A stretch of 64,000 bases of DNA from Octopus vulgaris (Eukaryota): the NCBI GenBank assembly GCA_951406725.2, contig OX597824.1, positions 88,846,001-88,910,000 of the forward strand, read 5' to 3'. The notes beneath the pieces are model-generated. The model searched no databases. It had not been told where the DNA came from and worked only from the letters and a program-made list of their open reading frames with translations. This document shows, piece by piece, positions 1 to 14,051 of this stretch (within the stretch, counting starts at the first letter, position 1; every line of letters starts with the position of its first letter). Made by a program: the position numbers and the translations under genes.

Positions 1-781
1 TATATATATATATATAACGGGAAGCTTTATGAAAATAGACAAAAGACGAAGGCAGGTTTACGGAAATAAACAAAAGACGAAGGCAGGTGGAATACAAACA
101 AACAATTGTATATATATATATATGTAAATATAAATGAATAGAAAATGAGATGTATAACAATATGCAATTCAAAAATTTAAATTTTAAATTTATTAGCACA
201 ATAATATCTATATTATATTCTTATAATAATATAATATAATAAATAATAAATATTGAATATAAATCATATACAAATTTGCCAATTCCTGGCCATAATAAAA
301 TTATGAAAATTCATTGCTGTTTGGACAAGAATCTCCTCCGTGTAATTCCTTATGTGTGTTAGGATTCACGTATCCAATAAGACCGAATCTAAATATATCT
401 GTATACAAGCGTGGGCATTATTAATTAGATATAGGTAGATAGGTAGGTAGGAAGGGAAGTACACTCAAGAAAAGTAAACCTGAAAAATCCCAAGTGTGAA
501 AAGCACTGAATATTCAAAGGCTGAGAACAAGAGCTTTGAGGATTTTGTTTGAAAGACAAGGCCACAACTGAGAGACATTGATAATGTCAACAGCAGTAGA
601 AAAACATTGACATTATGGCAAAGGTCAGTTACACAGCATCATAATGGTAATTAGTGTGGGTGTGAGTGGTAGTGGCATCGCTTGCTGGAACAGTGTTGGT
701 GGTAGCGGTTGTGTGTGTTAGTCATGTTGGTTGCGTGGGTCTCAAGATTTTGATACAAAGGGAGTTTTTTCATAGAAATAT

Positions 782-1008
782 ATTTCTTTACTGCCCACAA
801 GGAGCTAAACATAGAGGGGACAAACATGGACAGACAAAGGGATTAAGTCGATTATATCGACCCCAGTGCGTAACTGGTATTTAATTTATCGACCCCGAAA
901 GGATGAAAGGCAAAGTCGACCTCGGCGGAATTTGAACTCAGAACGTAACGACAGACGAAATATGGCTACACATTTCGCCCAGCGTGATAAGGGTTCTGCC
1001 AGCTCGCC
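782..1008 (-). mobile_element. tRNA-derived SINE with Nin-type central domain (family B)
   Basis: gagctggcagaa head, gttcaaattcc B box, gtcgactttgcctttcatcctttcggggtcgataaa core; recurs many times in the window. Confidence 0.75.
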
Positions 1009-1159
1009 AAATAGTGGTGATATTAGTCTTTAATAGAGTAAAATAGTGGTGTTGTGGTTTAGCTGCAGGTCCTCCTTGATTGAGCAGACTCATAATCTAA
1101 GTGATCCCAGTCAGGGGTCTTTCCATTTTTTTAATTCCTTTTTACTGAGGACTACTGGA

Positions 1160-1375
1160 AGGTGGTGAGCTGACAGAAGCGTGAGAATGCAAGATGCTTA
1201 GTGGTATTTCGCCTGTCTTTATGTTCCGAGTTCAAATTCTGCCAAGGTTGACTTTGCTTTTCTTCCCTTTGGGGGTTCGATAAAACAAGTACCAGTTGAG
1301 AACTGGGGTTGATATAATCAGCCTGACCCCATCCTCCCTGAAGTTGCTGGCCTTGTGTCAAAATTTGAAATCAAT
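1160..1375 (+). mobile_element. Diverged family B (Nin-type) SINE
   Basis: Same head and core with CpG decay. Confidence 0.65.
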
Positions 1376-2004
1376 ATTAGGAGTACTGTCCCCACCCTCC
1401 TCCCAGACCCACTCCTATTTCCTCCCCTTCCCCTCCCCCAAATCGATACTCACTGTCTTCACGTCATTCCCCATCTCTAATCACCTGTAACACTCTAGTG
1501 CACTTACCCACCCACCCACCCACCCATCTTTCCAGTTATTCTATCCTTATTCTCTCTCTCTATTTCATATTCACCTTGGACCTTAAAGGGACACCCTCAC
1601 CATCCCTCTCTCTCGATTCTAATTGAAGTTACAAATCAAGTATCTGGATAATTTTTGGTGTTTAACAATTCCTATCCTTTTCTCTGTTGCATTCCATGTC
1701 AAAATTTTTCTCACACTAACGTCTAATTTGATAATTTTCCATTTTCAGAAAATTATGTCTAAATTGGGGCAAAATGAGTAATGACTAATTTCAGGTCAGA
1801 AATCTTCCCTTTTTGACGGTGTTTTTTTCCCTTTAAAACGATGGGAGAAGCCTTTACAGTTAACAACAGAAAAAAATGTTATATTTTCACAAGAAAAGGT
1901 GTGTGATATAAAGGAAAACCGAAAAAGCTTCTCTCGTGGTTTTTAAGTGCGTGGGGCTGAGGTGAAAAAAGAAAATCATGAATTTTCAAGAAAAAGTTTT
2001 CATA

Positions 2005-2430
2005 GGCGCAGGAGTGGCTGTGTGGTAAGTAGCTTGCTAACCAACCACATGGTTCCGGGTTCAGCCCCACTGCGAGGCATCTTGGGCAAGTGTCTTCTGC
2101 TATAGCCCCGGGCCGACCAATGCCTTGTGAGTGGATTTGGTAGACGGAAACTGAAAGAAGCCTGTTGTATATATCTATATATATATATAAAGTGTGTGTG
2201 TATATATTTGTGTGTCTGTGTTTGTCCCCCTAGCATTGCTTGACAACCGATGCTGGTGTGTTTACGTCCCCGTCACTTAGCGGTTTGGCAAAAGAGACCG
2301 ATAGAATAAGTACTGGGCTTACAAAGAATAAGTCCCGGGGTCGATTTGCTCGACTAAAGGCAGTGCTCCAGCATGGCCGCAGTCAAATGACTGAAACAAG
2401 TAAAAGAGTAAAAGAGAGAAAGAGAATAAA
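2005..2430 (+). mobile_element. tRNA-derived SINE family A, full length, with internal (TA)n(TG)n
   Basis: ggcgcaggagtggctgtgtggtaag head, gttcagtcc B-box-like motif, ...ccagcatggccgcagtcaaatgactgaaacaagtaaaagag tail; about 20 copies in the window. Confidence 0.85.
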
Positions 2431-3053
2431 AAGTCCCCCACGACCACCACATCACCTGGAAGGCCTGAGTGAAAAATAAAATTAGAAAAATCATTGTCAA
2501 AACGGAGAAAGAAAAAAAAGCATAAAGGGGTGGCACGCTTATTCTCAGTGTCCTCACACACACACACACACATATATATATATGTAATTAAAAGAGTTCG
2601 AATGGGGAATGATTCCATTCAATGTCTTTCTGTTAGAAGTGTTTAGACATTTAGCTGGTATTTTTAGCATAACGAATTTCCTGGTGACAGCTGCTTGAGT
2701 AGAAATCTATGGATGCACAAACGCACAAAAACGGTGAAAATGAAAGAAATATGGACAACTTGTTCGGAAACACCCCCAATTGGGGAACGATCCTCAAAAA
2801 TAACCCCCAATTGTTTTCCCCTAAAATTCCTATATTCTCGGAATCTACATAGTCCGAGGTATATTTGTAGAAAATTTCATTGAAAAATATTTTCTTGAAA
2901 GTTAAGACGAATTGGACTCTGGTGAATTTTCCGAAATTCCCTCACCCTTCTAAAACACTTTCCCCTAAAAGTTTTGTATATTCGGAATCTACATAACACA
3001 TATTTGTAGAAAATTTCATTAAGAAATATCCATTTTGCTGAAAGTTATGATCA

Positions 3054-3452
3054 GGCGCAGGAGTGGCTGTGTGGTAAGTAGCTTGTTTACCAACCACATG
3101 GTTCCGGGTTCAGTCCCACTGCATGGCACCTTGGGCAAGTGTCTTCTACTATAGCCTCGGGCCGACCAAAGCCTTGTGAGTAGATTTGGTAGATGGAAAC
3201 TGAAAGAAGCCCGTCGTATATATGTATATATATATGTGTGTGTTTGTGTGTCTGTGTTTGTCCCCCTAGCATTGCTTGACAACCAATTCTGGTATGCTTA
3301 TGTCCCCTTACCTAGCGGTTCGGCAAAAGAGACCGATAGAATAAGTACTGGGCTTACAAAAGAATAAGTCCCGGGGTCGAGTTGCTCGATTAAAGGCGGT
3401 GCTCCAGCATGGCCGCAGTCAAATGACTGAAACAAGTAATAGAGTAAAAAAG
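3054..3452 (+). mobile_element. SINE family A
   Basis: Near-identical to 2005-2430. Confidence 0.85.
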
Positions 3453-3953
3453 TATCCAAAGTCGGTGTGGGGGAGGGGGGGGGTTAGGAATCTGTATTTT
3501 ATGCCTTTGGATCTTTAAAAAGATTTCAGTATAAACTTTCGGGAAATATGTGTTCAAAAAGAAACCAAAAATATTCCTTGAATCTTCTCAGGTGCAAAAG
3601 CCTTTGTATCAATGACGTAAGTTTTTTTTATATCTTTTGCTGAATTCACAAACTGACTGGTGGGGAATAAAATAACGCCTGTTAAATTTCATCTCTGTTC
3701 ATATATATATATATAGGTGTGTGTGTGTATGTTTGCTTTACCAGACCATAAATCTGTATGTCTGTCTGTCTGTCTGTCTCTCTCTCTTCTCTCTTTGTGC
3801 CTCTCTCATCCCTCACTGTCGCCAGAGATAAAAGAATTAATATACTCTTAGACACACCTGCTCACACAAGTCTGTCTCCAGTTTATTTCTCCATAAGGAA
3901 TTAAGATGGCATTGCTTTCAGTACTGACCAGTTCTATACTATATAGAGGCGTG

Positions 3954-3989
<36 letters not shown>

Positions 3990-4381
3990 TACACATTTGT
4001 AATATTCTACAGGCTTTCACACACCACTATATTGACTGAAATAACCTATTTCCTCTTTAGTGACATCAGATCTTATGAATAAGATGAAAATGACCTGCTG
4101 TCTCTAAAGTGTCCAAACTTTGATAAAATTGTTGTCAGGTATAAAGATTTCTTTTTTTTATTTAATACATCATTCTCAAATTGTCCCCTTTCTCTATTGG
4201 TATACTAAACATTGTGTACAAAAGGTATAAAAAATTCAGCATAACTCTATGCATGCCTCATCAAAATATTACCATGCACCATGTTGGGGAATCACGGGTC
4301 TAGACATTTTGATAAAGAGGCAGGGAAAATTACTTGACGGAACAGAGACAGAGATGGAGAGATAATTAGAGAGTGAAATAG

Positions 4382-4490
<109 letters not shown>

Positions 4491-4596
4491 GACAAAGGTA
4501 GAAAGAGAGATAGATAGAAACTGAAAGAGGGTATAATGTTGCAAGGTCACTATATGAGGGAAACTCAACAAAAAATCCATTGCGTTGGCAACTCAC

Positions 4597-4672
4597 CTTA
4601 TTTTTGTCTATGTCTGTGATTGCCAGCCGAGATCGACCTTGGATGGTGCCTTCTACTATAACACCACAGCCA
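4597..4672 (-). CDS. Putative internal exon, 76 nt: (S)GCGVIVEGTIQGRSRLAITDIDKNK
   Basis: ctttcttttctttacag| acceptor and AAG|gtgagt donor. Only one open frame, which starts with 1 nt (T) completing AG+T=Ser from the 32031 exon. Confidence 0.65.
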
Positions 4673-4822
4673 CTGTAAAGAAAAGAAAGTTTGTTACATA
4701 ATTCATGTTTATTGTAAACAATAGTGGACAGTAAAGATAAATAAGGACACACAAGTCTCTGTTTGTGCAGTTGATTAATTAATTAATCAATTAATACAGC
4801 ACTAAACAGTATTTGTTGCATA

Positions 4823-5343
4823 CCGTAAATCTTCGAGTATAGTCCACCCTTGAGTATAATATGCAAGGGATTTTTAGGGGGCTGTACCTCTGAAAACCTA
4901 AACCTTGTGTATAATACGCACCCCTTCTCTAACTTGAGTCGTACGTAATTAAACCAGCAGCACCTTGTCGAACAAACACTTCCGTGCATGCGTAATACAA
5001 TAATGGTGATGTTCTTAACTGTTATATGGGAATGTAAATATGTTTGCAAATTGTTTTTGTTACATGTTATTCTGTGTTCTGAATACTTTTATTTTAATAA
5101 ATATTGCTTACTGCAAGTTATGGATGATTCTTTTATGATTTCATAGCTTTCAGGCTTAGCTTAAGGTATTTTCACGCCTGACATCTCAAAATGCGTCTGA
5201 ATAAACATTGCCGGACAGCAAATGGAGACTTGGACATTGCTTAGAAAATAATTTTCATTTTTAACCTGGGATATAGTACGCACTAGGGATTTTGACCATT
5301 AAATTTTGGGGGAAAAATGCAGATTATACTCAAGGATTTACGG
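4823..5343. mobile_element. Non-autonomous Tc2/pogo-like (Tc1/mariner superfamily) DNA element
   Basis: TA|CCGTAAATC... and ...GATTTACGG|TA terminal inverted repeats (TIRs); second copy at 50089-50605. Confidence 0.75.
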
Positions 5344-5364
5344 TAATCTGAGATTATCCTTTAG

Positions 5365-5808
5365 CTTTTACTTGTTTTAGTCATTAGATTGTGGCCATAC
5401 TGGAGCACTGCCTTGAAAAACATTTAGTTGAACAATTGGATCTTCCTACAACACAGCCATGCCTGTGCCTGTATGTATGGCAAAGTATTAGGATTTATGG
5501 AGGGAAAAAGCTGGGAAAGCAATTCTGAGGGGACAGGGATAAATGATTACATCAACTTATTCTATCAGTCTCTTTTGCCGAACTGTCAAGTTACAGGGAC
5601 ATAAACACCCCAACACTGGTTGTCAAGCAGTAGAGAGACACACACACACATACACATATATACAAACTTCTTTCAGTTTCTGTCTACCAAATCCACTTCA
5701 CAAGGCTTTGGTCAACATGAGGCTATTCAGTGTCATGCAGTGGGACTGAACCTGAAACCATGTGGTTGGGAAGCCAGATTCCTACCACACAGCCATGGCT
5801 GTGCCTAT
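5365..5808 (-). mobile_element. Decayed/rearranged SINE family A-related pieces
   Basis: Recognisable tail, centre and head segments with many CpG transitions. Confidence 0.6.
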
Positions 5809-6474
5809 ATGCATGGCAAAGTATTTCTAATCAATTCTGAGAAGGACAGAGATAAATGGTTATATCAACTCTAGTTCTCAACCACTACTTATTTTACCAA
5901 TCCCCAGAAGATGAAAGACAAATTTGACTTTAGTAGGATTTGAACTCAAACTAAGGTGGTGGAGCTGGCAGGATTGTTAGCGTGATGGGTAAAATACTTA
6001 GCAGCATTTTGTCCATCTTTGCATTCTGAGTTCAAATTTCACTTCGGTCGACTTTGCTTTTCATTCTTTTGCTCTTCATCCAGTTGGATATTGGGGCCAA
6101 ATTGGAATTGAGTGCCTCCTTGGCACAGCTAGAATAATCAGGAAAGTCTTAGATAGTTGAAAAGAACAGAAAGTATGGTACCATAAGCCGCAGACAGGAA
6201 GCCCGCTATGCATGAAAGACTCCAGGAGTTCCAACAACACCTGAGAGTGTTAAACACTTTTGGTATTCAAATTAGGAATTCCTTCATTTGTTGAGTATAT
6301 AAACAGTTTGGTTGTTTGTTTCTCTGGAAATTGCCAGAATGATGTGGACGCCTCTGATGATGAACATAATAAGGGTCAAACATTGATTAAGGTTGTTCAT
6401 CATTTTTTCCAGTTTGCAGAGAAATGGCTAAAATTTGCCCTGTTTATAATTATACCATGTGTTACATATATATG

Positions 6475-6690
6475 GTGGATTCTCTCATCGAAGACGATGA
6501 ATGAGGGTTCAGTAAATAACCTTCAACAATTCCTAAGCCTTGTGACACCGCATATGTACCTTCAATCCAGCAGATGTCTTGCACACTTTCTCGCAAATGG
6601 TACACCTACATGTATTCGTTGGTTCAAAATGTCTTCTCGAGTGGACAACTAACCCAGTTTTGCTTTGTGCTTTAAACCCACAGTGACACA
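6475..6690 (-). mobile_element. RTE-clade LINE 3' end with C-terminal C2H2 finger
   Basis: Minus frame TNTCRCTICEKVCKTSAGLKVHMRCHKA*. Confidence 0.55.
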
Positions 6691-6937
6691 CACAGTCATT
6701 GTTTGGTGGATTTTGCTAATGCATTGCTTTCAAATTTGCACGAAGGGCGTCCCTATGACGAAGACGGTTACTTTCAAATTCTCTAGTCTTTAGAAAACAC
6801 ATTTTCCTCCATGTATATATATAATTTAATTAGAGGATAAGCTAACCTCGTGAAGGGATGGTGACATCCAAGGAAATACTGGTTCAATATCTAGTATTGA
6901 TGGAGAATGAAATTCCCTTAAAACAATATATATATAT

Positions 6938-7430
6938 ATCATCATCATCATCATCATCATTTAGCGTCCGTTTTCCATGCTAGCATGGGTTGGACGGTTC
7001 AACTGGGGTCTGTGAAGCCAGAAGGCTTCATCAGGCCCAGTCTGATCTGGCAGTGTTTCTACGGCTGGATGCCCTTCCTAACGCCAACCACTCCGCGAGT
7101 GTAGTGTGTGCTTTTTACGTGCCACCCGCACAGGTGCCAGACGGAGCTGGCAAACGGCCATGAACGGATGTTGCTTTTACGTGCCACCGGCATGGGGGCC
7201 AGGCGAGACTGGCAATGGACACGAACGGATGGTGCTTTTTACATGCCACCGGCACGGGGGCCAGGCGAGGCTGGCAACCGCCACGAACGGATGGTGCTTT
7301 TTACGTGTTATTGGCACGGAGGCCAGTCGGGACGGCGCTGGCAATGGCCACTATCGGATGGTTTGCTTACTTGTCACCGGCACTGGTATCACAGCCGCAA
7401 TTTCCATTGATGTTGATCGACTTCGATTTT
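6938..7430 (-). mobile_element. 5'-truncated RTE 3'UTR with ~60-bp internal tandem units and (GAT)n tail
   Basis: Matches the UTR that follows the RTE ORF at 48080-48905. Confidence 0.7.
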
Positions 7431-7462
7431 GGTTCTGCTTTTTGATATCTGATTTGATTTTG

Positions 7463-7498
<36 letters not shown>

Positions 7499-8180
7499 TA
7501 TATCCAGTTAAAAGAAGCAAACAAAATGGAGAGAAGGAATTTAATTCACATTATTTACATTTGACAGATATTTGCCCTCATTTCTAAAATACAGAACAGG
7601 AAGTTAATTAATTATTTATTATGAGTCTGTGGAAATGAATTGATAGGTCCACATATAACATATCTAGGTACATTTCTTTTTCTGTAATGAAATTATGCTC
7701 ATGTCACATAAATGCAAATTTAATGTACAAATTTGTAATTCAATTCTTGAGAATTAATTGAAACAGATGTAAGAAGCAAAGATGACCGATTTATTAGTAA
7801 TAGGTAATTACTAACTTCCTAATCTCCATTTTCTTTTCTTCTTTTAACTGGATATAAACTATATTGTCTCTTCTCTTTTCAAAGAAAATATTTCTCCCAG
7901 CATTCACTATTTTCCTATCGTTCTGGTCAAACAACCCTTAATTTTTGGTTTCATTCAGTTTCCTTGTATGTCTCCACTGTCATGTTTTTGTTCCCAACTT
8001 TGAACCTCCATAAATCCAAAATTTTATTTTGGTATTTATGGGAACAACTGTCTTTGAAGACTCATTTTGTTGTTGAGTGCTTGAAATGAGGAGTAGATAG
8101 GTCCCTTTTCTGTGTTTACTTGTCCTGTTTTTACGTATTTCATGTTGTTTGTGCAGTTGGTTACATCCTGTACCCATATA

Positions 8181-8221
<41 letters not shown>

Positions 8222-8224
<3 letters not shown>

Positions 8225-8632
8225 TGGCTGTGTGGTAAGTAGCTTGCTAACCAACCACATGGTTCCGGGTTCAGTCCCACTGCGTGGCATCTTGGGCAAG
8301 TGTCTTCTGCTATAGTCCCGAGCCGACCAATGCCTTGTGAGTGGATTTGGTAGACGGAAACTGAAAGAAGCCTGTCGTATATATGTATATATATATGTAT
8401 GTGTGTGTATATATATATGTGTGCGTGTGTTTGTGTGTCTGTGTTTGTCCCCCCAACATCGCTTGACAACCGATGCTGGTGTGTTTACGTCCCCATCACT
8501 TAGCGGTTCGGCAAAAGAGACCGATAGAATAAGTACTGAGCTTACAAAGAATAAGTCCCGGGGTCGAGTTGCTCGACTAAAGGCGGTGCTCCAGCATGGC
8601 TGCAGTCAAATGACTGAAACAAGTAAAAGAGT
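8222..8632 (+). mobile_element. SINE family A
   Basis: Full body match. Confidence 0.85.
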
Positions 8633-8642
8633 ATATATATAT

Positions 8643-8770
8643 ATAATCAAAATAAGCAACAAGGATACCCAAAGGTAGTGTAGTACAATCGTTTCATGCT
8701 ACTAAATGAAGTAGCATGAAACAATTGTACTACACTACCTTTGGATATCCTTGTTGCTTATTTTGATTAT
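8643..8770. repeat. Fold-back palindrome (~60-bp arms), Penelope-like remnant
   Basis: Arms ataatcaaaataagcaacaagg...gtttcatgctact and agtagcatgaaac...ttttgattat, with a 6-nt spacer. Confidence 0.8.
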
Positions 8771-8891
8771 AATCACCCCATTTGATTTATGTGGATAATA
8801 CCATACAAAATTTTAGTGCCTTTAACTTAAGTACCATATTCATCTGAATCTAAATTTTTGCTGAAATATATATATATAGATATATATATTA

Positions 8892-9300
8892 CTCTCTCTC
8901 TTTACTCTTTTACTAGTTTCAGTCATTTGACTGCGGCCATGCTGGAGCACCGCCTTTAGTCGAGCAAATCGACCTCGGGACTTATTCTTTGTAAGCCCAG
9001 TACTTATTCTATTGGTCTCTTTTGCCAAACCGCTAAGTGATGGGGACGTAAACACACCAGCATTGGTTGTCAAGCAATGCTAGGGGGGACAAACACACAC
9101 ACACAAACACACACACATACTCATATATACATATATACGACAGGCTTCTTTCAGTTTCCGTCTACCAAATCCACTCACAAGGCATTGGTCAGCCCGGGGC
9201 TATAGCAGAAGACACTTGCCCAAGATGCCATGCAGTGGGACTGAACCCGGAACCATGTGGTTGGTAAGCAAGCTACTTACCACACAGCCACTCCTGCGCC
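8892..9300 (-). mobile_element. SINE family A
   Basis: Full body match, inverted relative to 8222-8632. Confidence 0.85.
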
Positions 9301-9440
9301 TCTGAATGATTCTGTCAAAGAAGTAGGCTCGAAACGTCAAAGACTTTTCCATTCTTCCCAAGCATCAAACTAATACTAATACATCTGCTTGTTGTTCCCT
9401 TGCCTGCCTTCATCTTTCGTTTTCTGTAAATTTGAACTAC

Positions 9441-9472
<32 letters not shown>

Positions 9473-9694
9473 TCGTGCGTGTGTGTATTGAATTCTAGAA
9501 GGAAAGTTCTGGCATGTTGTTGATGGTGCCATTTCTTGCGTGTGCTTCCTGATGTCGTATGACTTGTTTTGCACAAGGATCTCTTTTGTACATTAAAATA
9601 ATCATCTTCCCTAATGTCATGACACACGTATTACGCAATCATACAAACACTCTACTATGAGTGCATAGCTTGTAACAGGAGATCCCATCATACA

Positions 9695-9751
<57 letters not shown>

Positions 9752-9782
9752 TACCCACTCATAAATGTGTGTGTATATATAA

Positions 9783-9816
<34 letters not shown>

Positions 9817-10077
9817 GATACATACATATATATATATATGTATATATTATTATATGATTATGTATATATAATCAGAATTTGAAAATGTGCCTTTGAAACA
9901 TGTGTAGAATGTAATAAAAGGAATTCTGTACAATCTTCATTCAACTCCATTTCTTCCATTCACTAATTATATATGTATATATATATATATATATATATAC
10001 ATGATACATATATATATATATATGTGTGATACATACATATATATATACATGTACATACATATATATATATATGTATG

Positions 10078-10109
<32 letters not shown>

Positions 10110-10178
10110 TATGATACATACATATATATATACATGTACATATATATATATATATATATGTATACATATATATATACA

Positions 10179-10216
<38 letters not shown>

Positions 10217-10370
10217 GATACATACATATATATATATATATATTATGTATGTATATATATTTATTTTTTTTTTTTTATGTGTTATATATATTTCGTGAAT
10301 TTTCCCTATATATATGTATATATATATATATGTGTATGTGTGTGTATATATATGTATATATGTGTGTGTG

Positions 10371-10402
<32 letters not shown>

Positions 10403-10403
10403 C

Positions 10404-10434
<31 letters not shown>

Positions 10435-10440
10435 ATATAT
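9695..10440. repeat. Complex (TA)n/(TACA)n/(TG)n low-complexity tract
   Basis: Direct reading. Confidence 0.9.
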
Positions 10441-10514
10441 TAATGCAAATTTATTATCAGAATATAAAAATAAACATTACTGTATACACACACACGTATA
10501 TGTGTATATATTCT

Positions 10515-10958
10515 ATTATTCTTTTACTTGTTTCAGTCATATGACTGTGGCCATGCTGGAGCACTACCTTCAGTCGAACCAATCGACTACCAAGACTTAT
10601 ACTTTGTAAGCCTAGTGCTTATTCTATTGGGTTTTTTTTTTGCCGAACAGCTAAGTTACAGGGACATAAACACACCAACATCGGTTGCCAAGTGATAGTG
10701 GAGGGGGGACAAACACATACAGATATACACTCACACACACACATATATATATATGTATATATATATATACACATATATATACACACACACACATATACGA
10801 CAGGCTTCCTTCAGTTTCTATCTCCCAAATTCACTCCCAAAGCTTTGGTCAGCCCAAAGCTATAGTAGAAGACACTTGCCCAAGGTGTCACGCAGTGGAA
10901 CTGAACCTGCAACCATGTGATTGCCTGCTTCTTACCACGTGGCCACGATTGTGCCTAT
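10515..10958 (-). mobile_element. SINE family A (diverged)
   Basis: Body match. Confidence 0.8.
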
Positions 10959-11075
10959 ATATGGAAAAAATAGTAATAAAAAAATGTGCTTTCCTTTCAT
11001 ACTTCAGTGAATATCTTTTTTAATTATGGAATTTGAAGTATTTAATGAGACACTATGGAATTATTTGAATTTACG

Positions 11076-11231
11076 AGTGGGTGTGTGGTAAGTAGCTTGC
11101 TAACCAACCACATGGTTCCGGGTTCAGTCCTACATACGTGGCACCTTGGGCAAGTGTCTTCTGCTATAGCCCCGAGCTGACCAATGCCTTGTGAGTGGAT
11201 TTGGTAGAGAGAAACTGAAAGAAGCCTGTCG

Positions 11232-11297
<66 letters not shown>

Positions 11298-11490
11298 GTT
11301 CCCCTAGTATTGCTTGACAACCGATGCTGGTGTGTTTATGTCCCCGTCACTTAGCGGTTCGGCAAAAGAGACCGATAGAATAAGTACTGGGCTTACAAAG
11401 AATAAGTCCCGGGGTCGATTTGCTCATTAAAGGCAGTGCTCCAGCATGGCCGCAGTCAAAATGACTGAAACAAGTAAAAGAGTAAAGAGT
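11076..11490 (+). mobile_element. SINE family A
   Basis: Body match. Confidence 0.85.
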
Positions 11491-11545
11491 AATATATAAT
11501 CTTGAAATAATTTGTTTGTATTATCCTGTTTTTCAGTAAATATTA

Positions 11546-11937
11546 TCTCCCTATATATAAAGCTGAAGTTGTCTGTGTATGGCAGGTTTGGTAGCCTTCA
11601 ACTAACACTATCTCCTCCGAGACCCTGCAGCGCAAGTTGACCAAAATTGAAATTATGATAGAAGAAGGCTTGCTCTTCATTCCGTAGAAGAAAAAATTCT
11701 AATCGGACCATGTTAACACCAAAAATTATTTACATCAAAAAGGTGCTTTTTTTCTATGAAAATCCCTATATTTTACCATTTTTTGACTGCTTTGTCGCCA
11801 TTTTTCGGTGTATTTCAACCAGAAAAATATTCACTTAAAGAGAATAACAAGCTACATAATGCAAAATTTTTACTTTTCAAAAATTCCAATTCTAAAGGGT
11901 CGAAACAAAACCGAGCAACGCCGGGCTATACTGCTAG
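11546..11937 (+). mobile_element. Non-autonomous Helitron
   Basis: A|TC...ctatatataaa 5' end, subterminal hairpin ccgagcaacgccgg, CTAG|T 3' end, no target-site duplication (TSD). Confidence 0.7.
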
Positions 11938-12792
11938 TTATATTTTTAAAACTGTCTGTTCAATAAGAAACTTTGGAATTAATTAACTGAAATACAAAAG
12001 GAAAAACGCATTTTCTCCTTATTTTTTCCATATCTCCCGACCTGTATGAAATATTTCTAATACACACACACACACACACACACAATATGTATGGATAAAT
12101 AATCCTTTATGTTTTATGTGTGTCAGCTATCAACTTTAATCTGGTTATCTCCCTTTTTATAAACGTATGTCTTATTTTTCACGAACACAAACACGCGCGC
12201 GCGTGCGCCCCCCCTCACACACTATTGTGCATACCTATACCCCCCTCCCCGTCGCTACAAACGAAAATAAAAAAATTCCTTCGTTATAGGATGGGTTTAC
12301 GACACAATCATACTGCTTGTTTTCCACTTTAAATACTTATAAACCACACACAAATATTTCGAGGATTTTCCCCTTATGATACTGCATTATTTCCTTCGTT
12401 TTGAAACAACTATTTAAATAAATAAACTCGCCATCATCTTCATCATAATCATCATCATCGTTATCTAACGTCTGTTTTTTTCCTGCCGGCATGGGTTGGA
12501 CGGCTTGATAATTTCTTATTCTGTTACATCTTTGTTGAAAGACACCCAAATCTGCTTAATTAAATAGCTCCAGTGATCGACATTTTTATGCAATTAAGAG
12601 AAAATGCATAATGAGCAATAATTAACAAAATTGTACTATATTACCAGTAGTAAGCTACTGTGTGACTGAGTGGTTAAGAAAGCCAATTTGCAAACATGTG
12701 GTTGTGGGTTCAAACTCACTGCATGGCACCCTGGGTAAGTGTCTTTTATGAACGAATTTCGTAGATGGAAATTGTAAGGAAGCCCATTGTAT

Positions 12793-13241
12793 CTGCTCAG
12801 TCGAAGTTGACTCTCGGTTACTCGTTGGATCAATGTCCTCCAGCAAGTTCTATCCTGGGCCACTTCTTTCAGATTGGCTATGTCCATTCCGGTATCACTC
12901 TTGATGGTGTCAAGCCAGCGGGTCCTTGGTCGGCCTCTTCCTCTCTTGCCACTGATCATTCCGAACATGATGTCCTTCTCCAGGGATTCTCTCCGCATAA
13001 TATGACCAAAATATGCCAATCTATGCTTGGTGATCCCAGTTTCTAGCAACAGTTTCAGCCTGATCTGCTTAAGAGCTTCTCCATTGGTGAGCCTCGCTGT
13101 CCATGGAATCCGCAAAAGTCTTCTCCAACACCTAAGCTCGAATGCATTAATTCTCTTCTGGTCAGCTTTCTTTAGTGTCCAGGTCTCGCACCCATATGGT
13201 GCTATTGGGAAGACAATTGCATTCACCAATCTGCATTTGGT
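12793..13241 (-). mobile_element. RTE (BovB-like) LINE, 5'-truncated, RT C-terminus
   Basis: YGCETWTLKKADQKRINAFELRCWRRLLRIPW...GRGRPRTRWLD; 12-bp TSD agcccattgtat (12781-12792 and 13242-13253), inserted in an old SINE. Confidence 0.85.
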
Positions 13242-13299
13242 AGCCCATTGTATACACACACATATATATATACACACACATACACATCTATCAATCCAT

Positions 13300-13800
13300 A
13301 GGAGCAAGCATGGCTGTGTGGTAAGAAGCTTGCTTTCCAATCACATGGTTCTGGGTTCAGTCCCACTGCGTGGGACCTTGGACAAATGACTACTGTTGTG
13401 TAGGGCTGACCAAAGCCTTGTGAGTAGATTTGGTAGATGGAAACTGAAAGAAGCCCATTGTGTGTGTGTGTGTGTATGTGTGTATGTTTTCTCTTCTCTC
13501 TATTAGGAGGCACAAACAATTTCACACACATGATGGGAACTTCTGCCTATCAAATTCAATCACAAGGCTTCAATATGTGTGTGTGTGTTTGTGCTTGTCA
13601 TCCACCATCATTTGATAACCGATGTTGGTGTGTTTACCTCCCTGTAACTTAGCGGTTCAGCAAAAATAGCCTGATAGAATAAGTACAAGTCTTAAAAGTG
13701 GGGGGAAAGTACTAGGGTCGATTCATCTGACTAAAAATTCTTCAAGGCAGTGCCCCAGCATGGCCGCAGTTTAATAACTGGAGCAAGTAAAAGATAATAG
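13300..13800 (+). mobile_element. Diverged SINE family A
   Basis: Head, core and tail recognisable. Confidence 0.7.
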
Positions 13801-13803
13801 ATA

Positions 13804-13862
<59 letters not shown>

Positions 13863-13991
13863 GTCTGTCTGTCTGTCGATCTGTCTATCGATCTATCTAT
13901 CGATCTATCTATCTGTCTGTCAATCGATCTGTCTATCGATCTATCTATCTGTCTGTCTATTGATCTATCTGTCTGTCTGTCTGTCTATTGA

Positions 13992-14047
<56 letters not shown>

Positions 14048-14051
14048 TCTA

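Noticed and set aside
2000-2479. Recurrent ORFs such as [15 protein letters not shown]... and ...[19 protein letters not shown]
   Set aside because: Chance frames within SINE family A copies
6480-6640. C2H2 zinc finger suggesting a host ZNF gene
   Set aside because: Single finger followed by a stop and a short tail, typical of an RTE ORF C-terminus
9941-10544. Many ORFs rich in YI/HT/CV (also at 35463-36279, 47853-48176, 55162-55548 and others)
   Set aside because: They are translations of (TA)n/(TG)n/(TACA)n microsatellites, not genes
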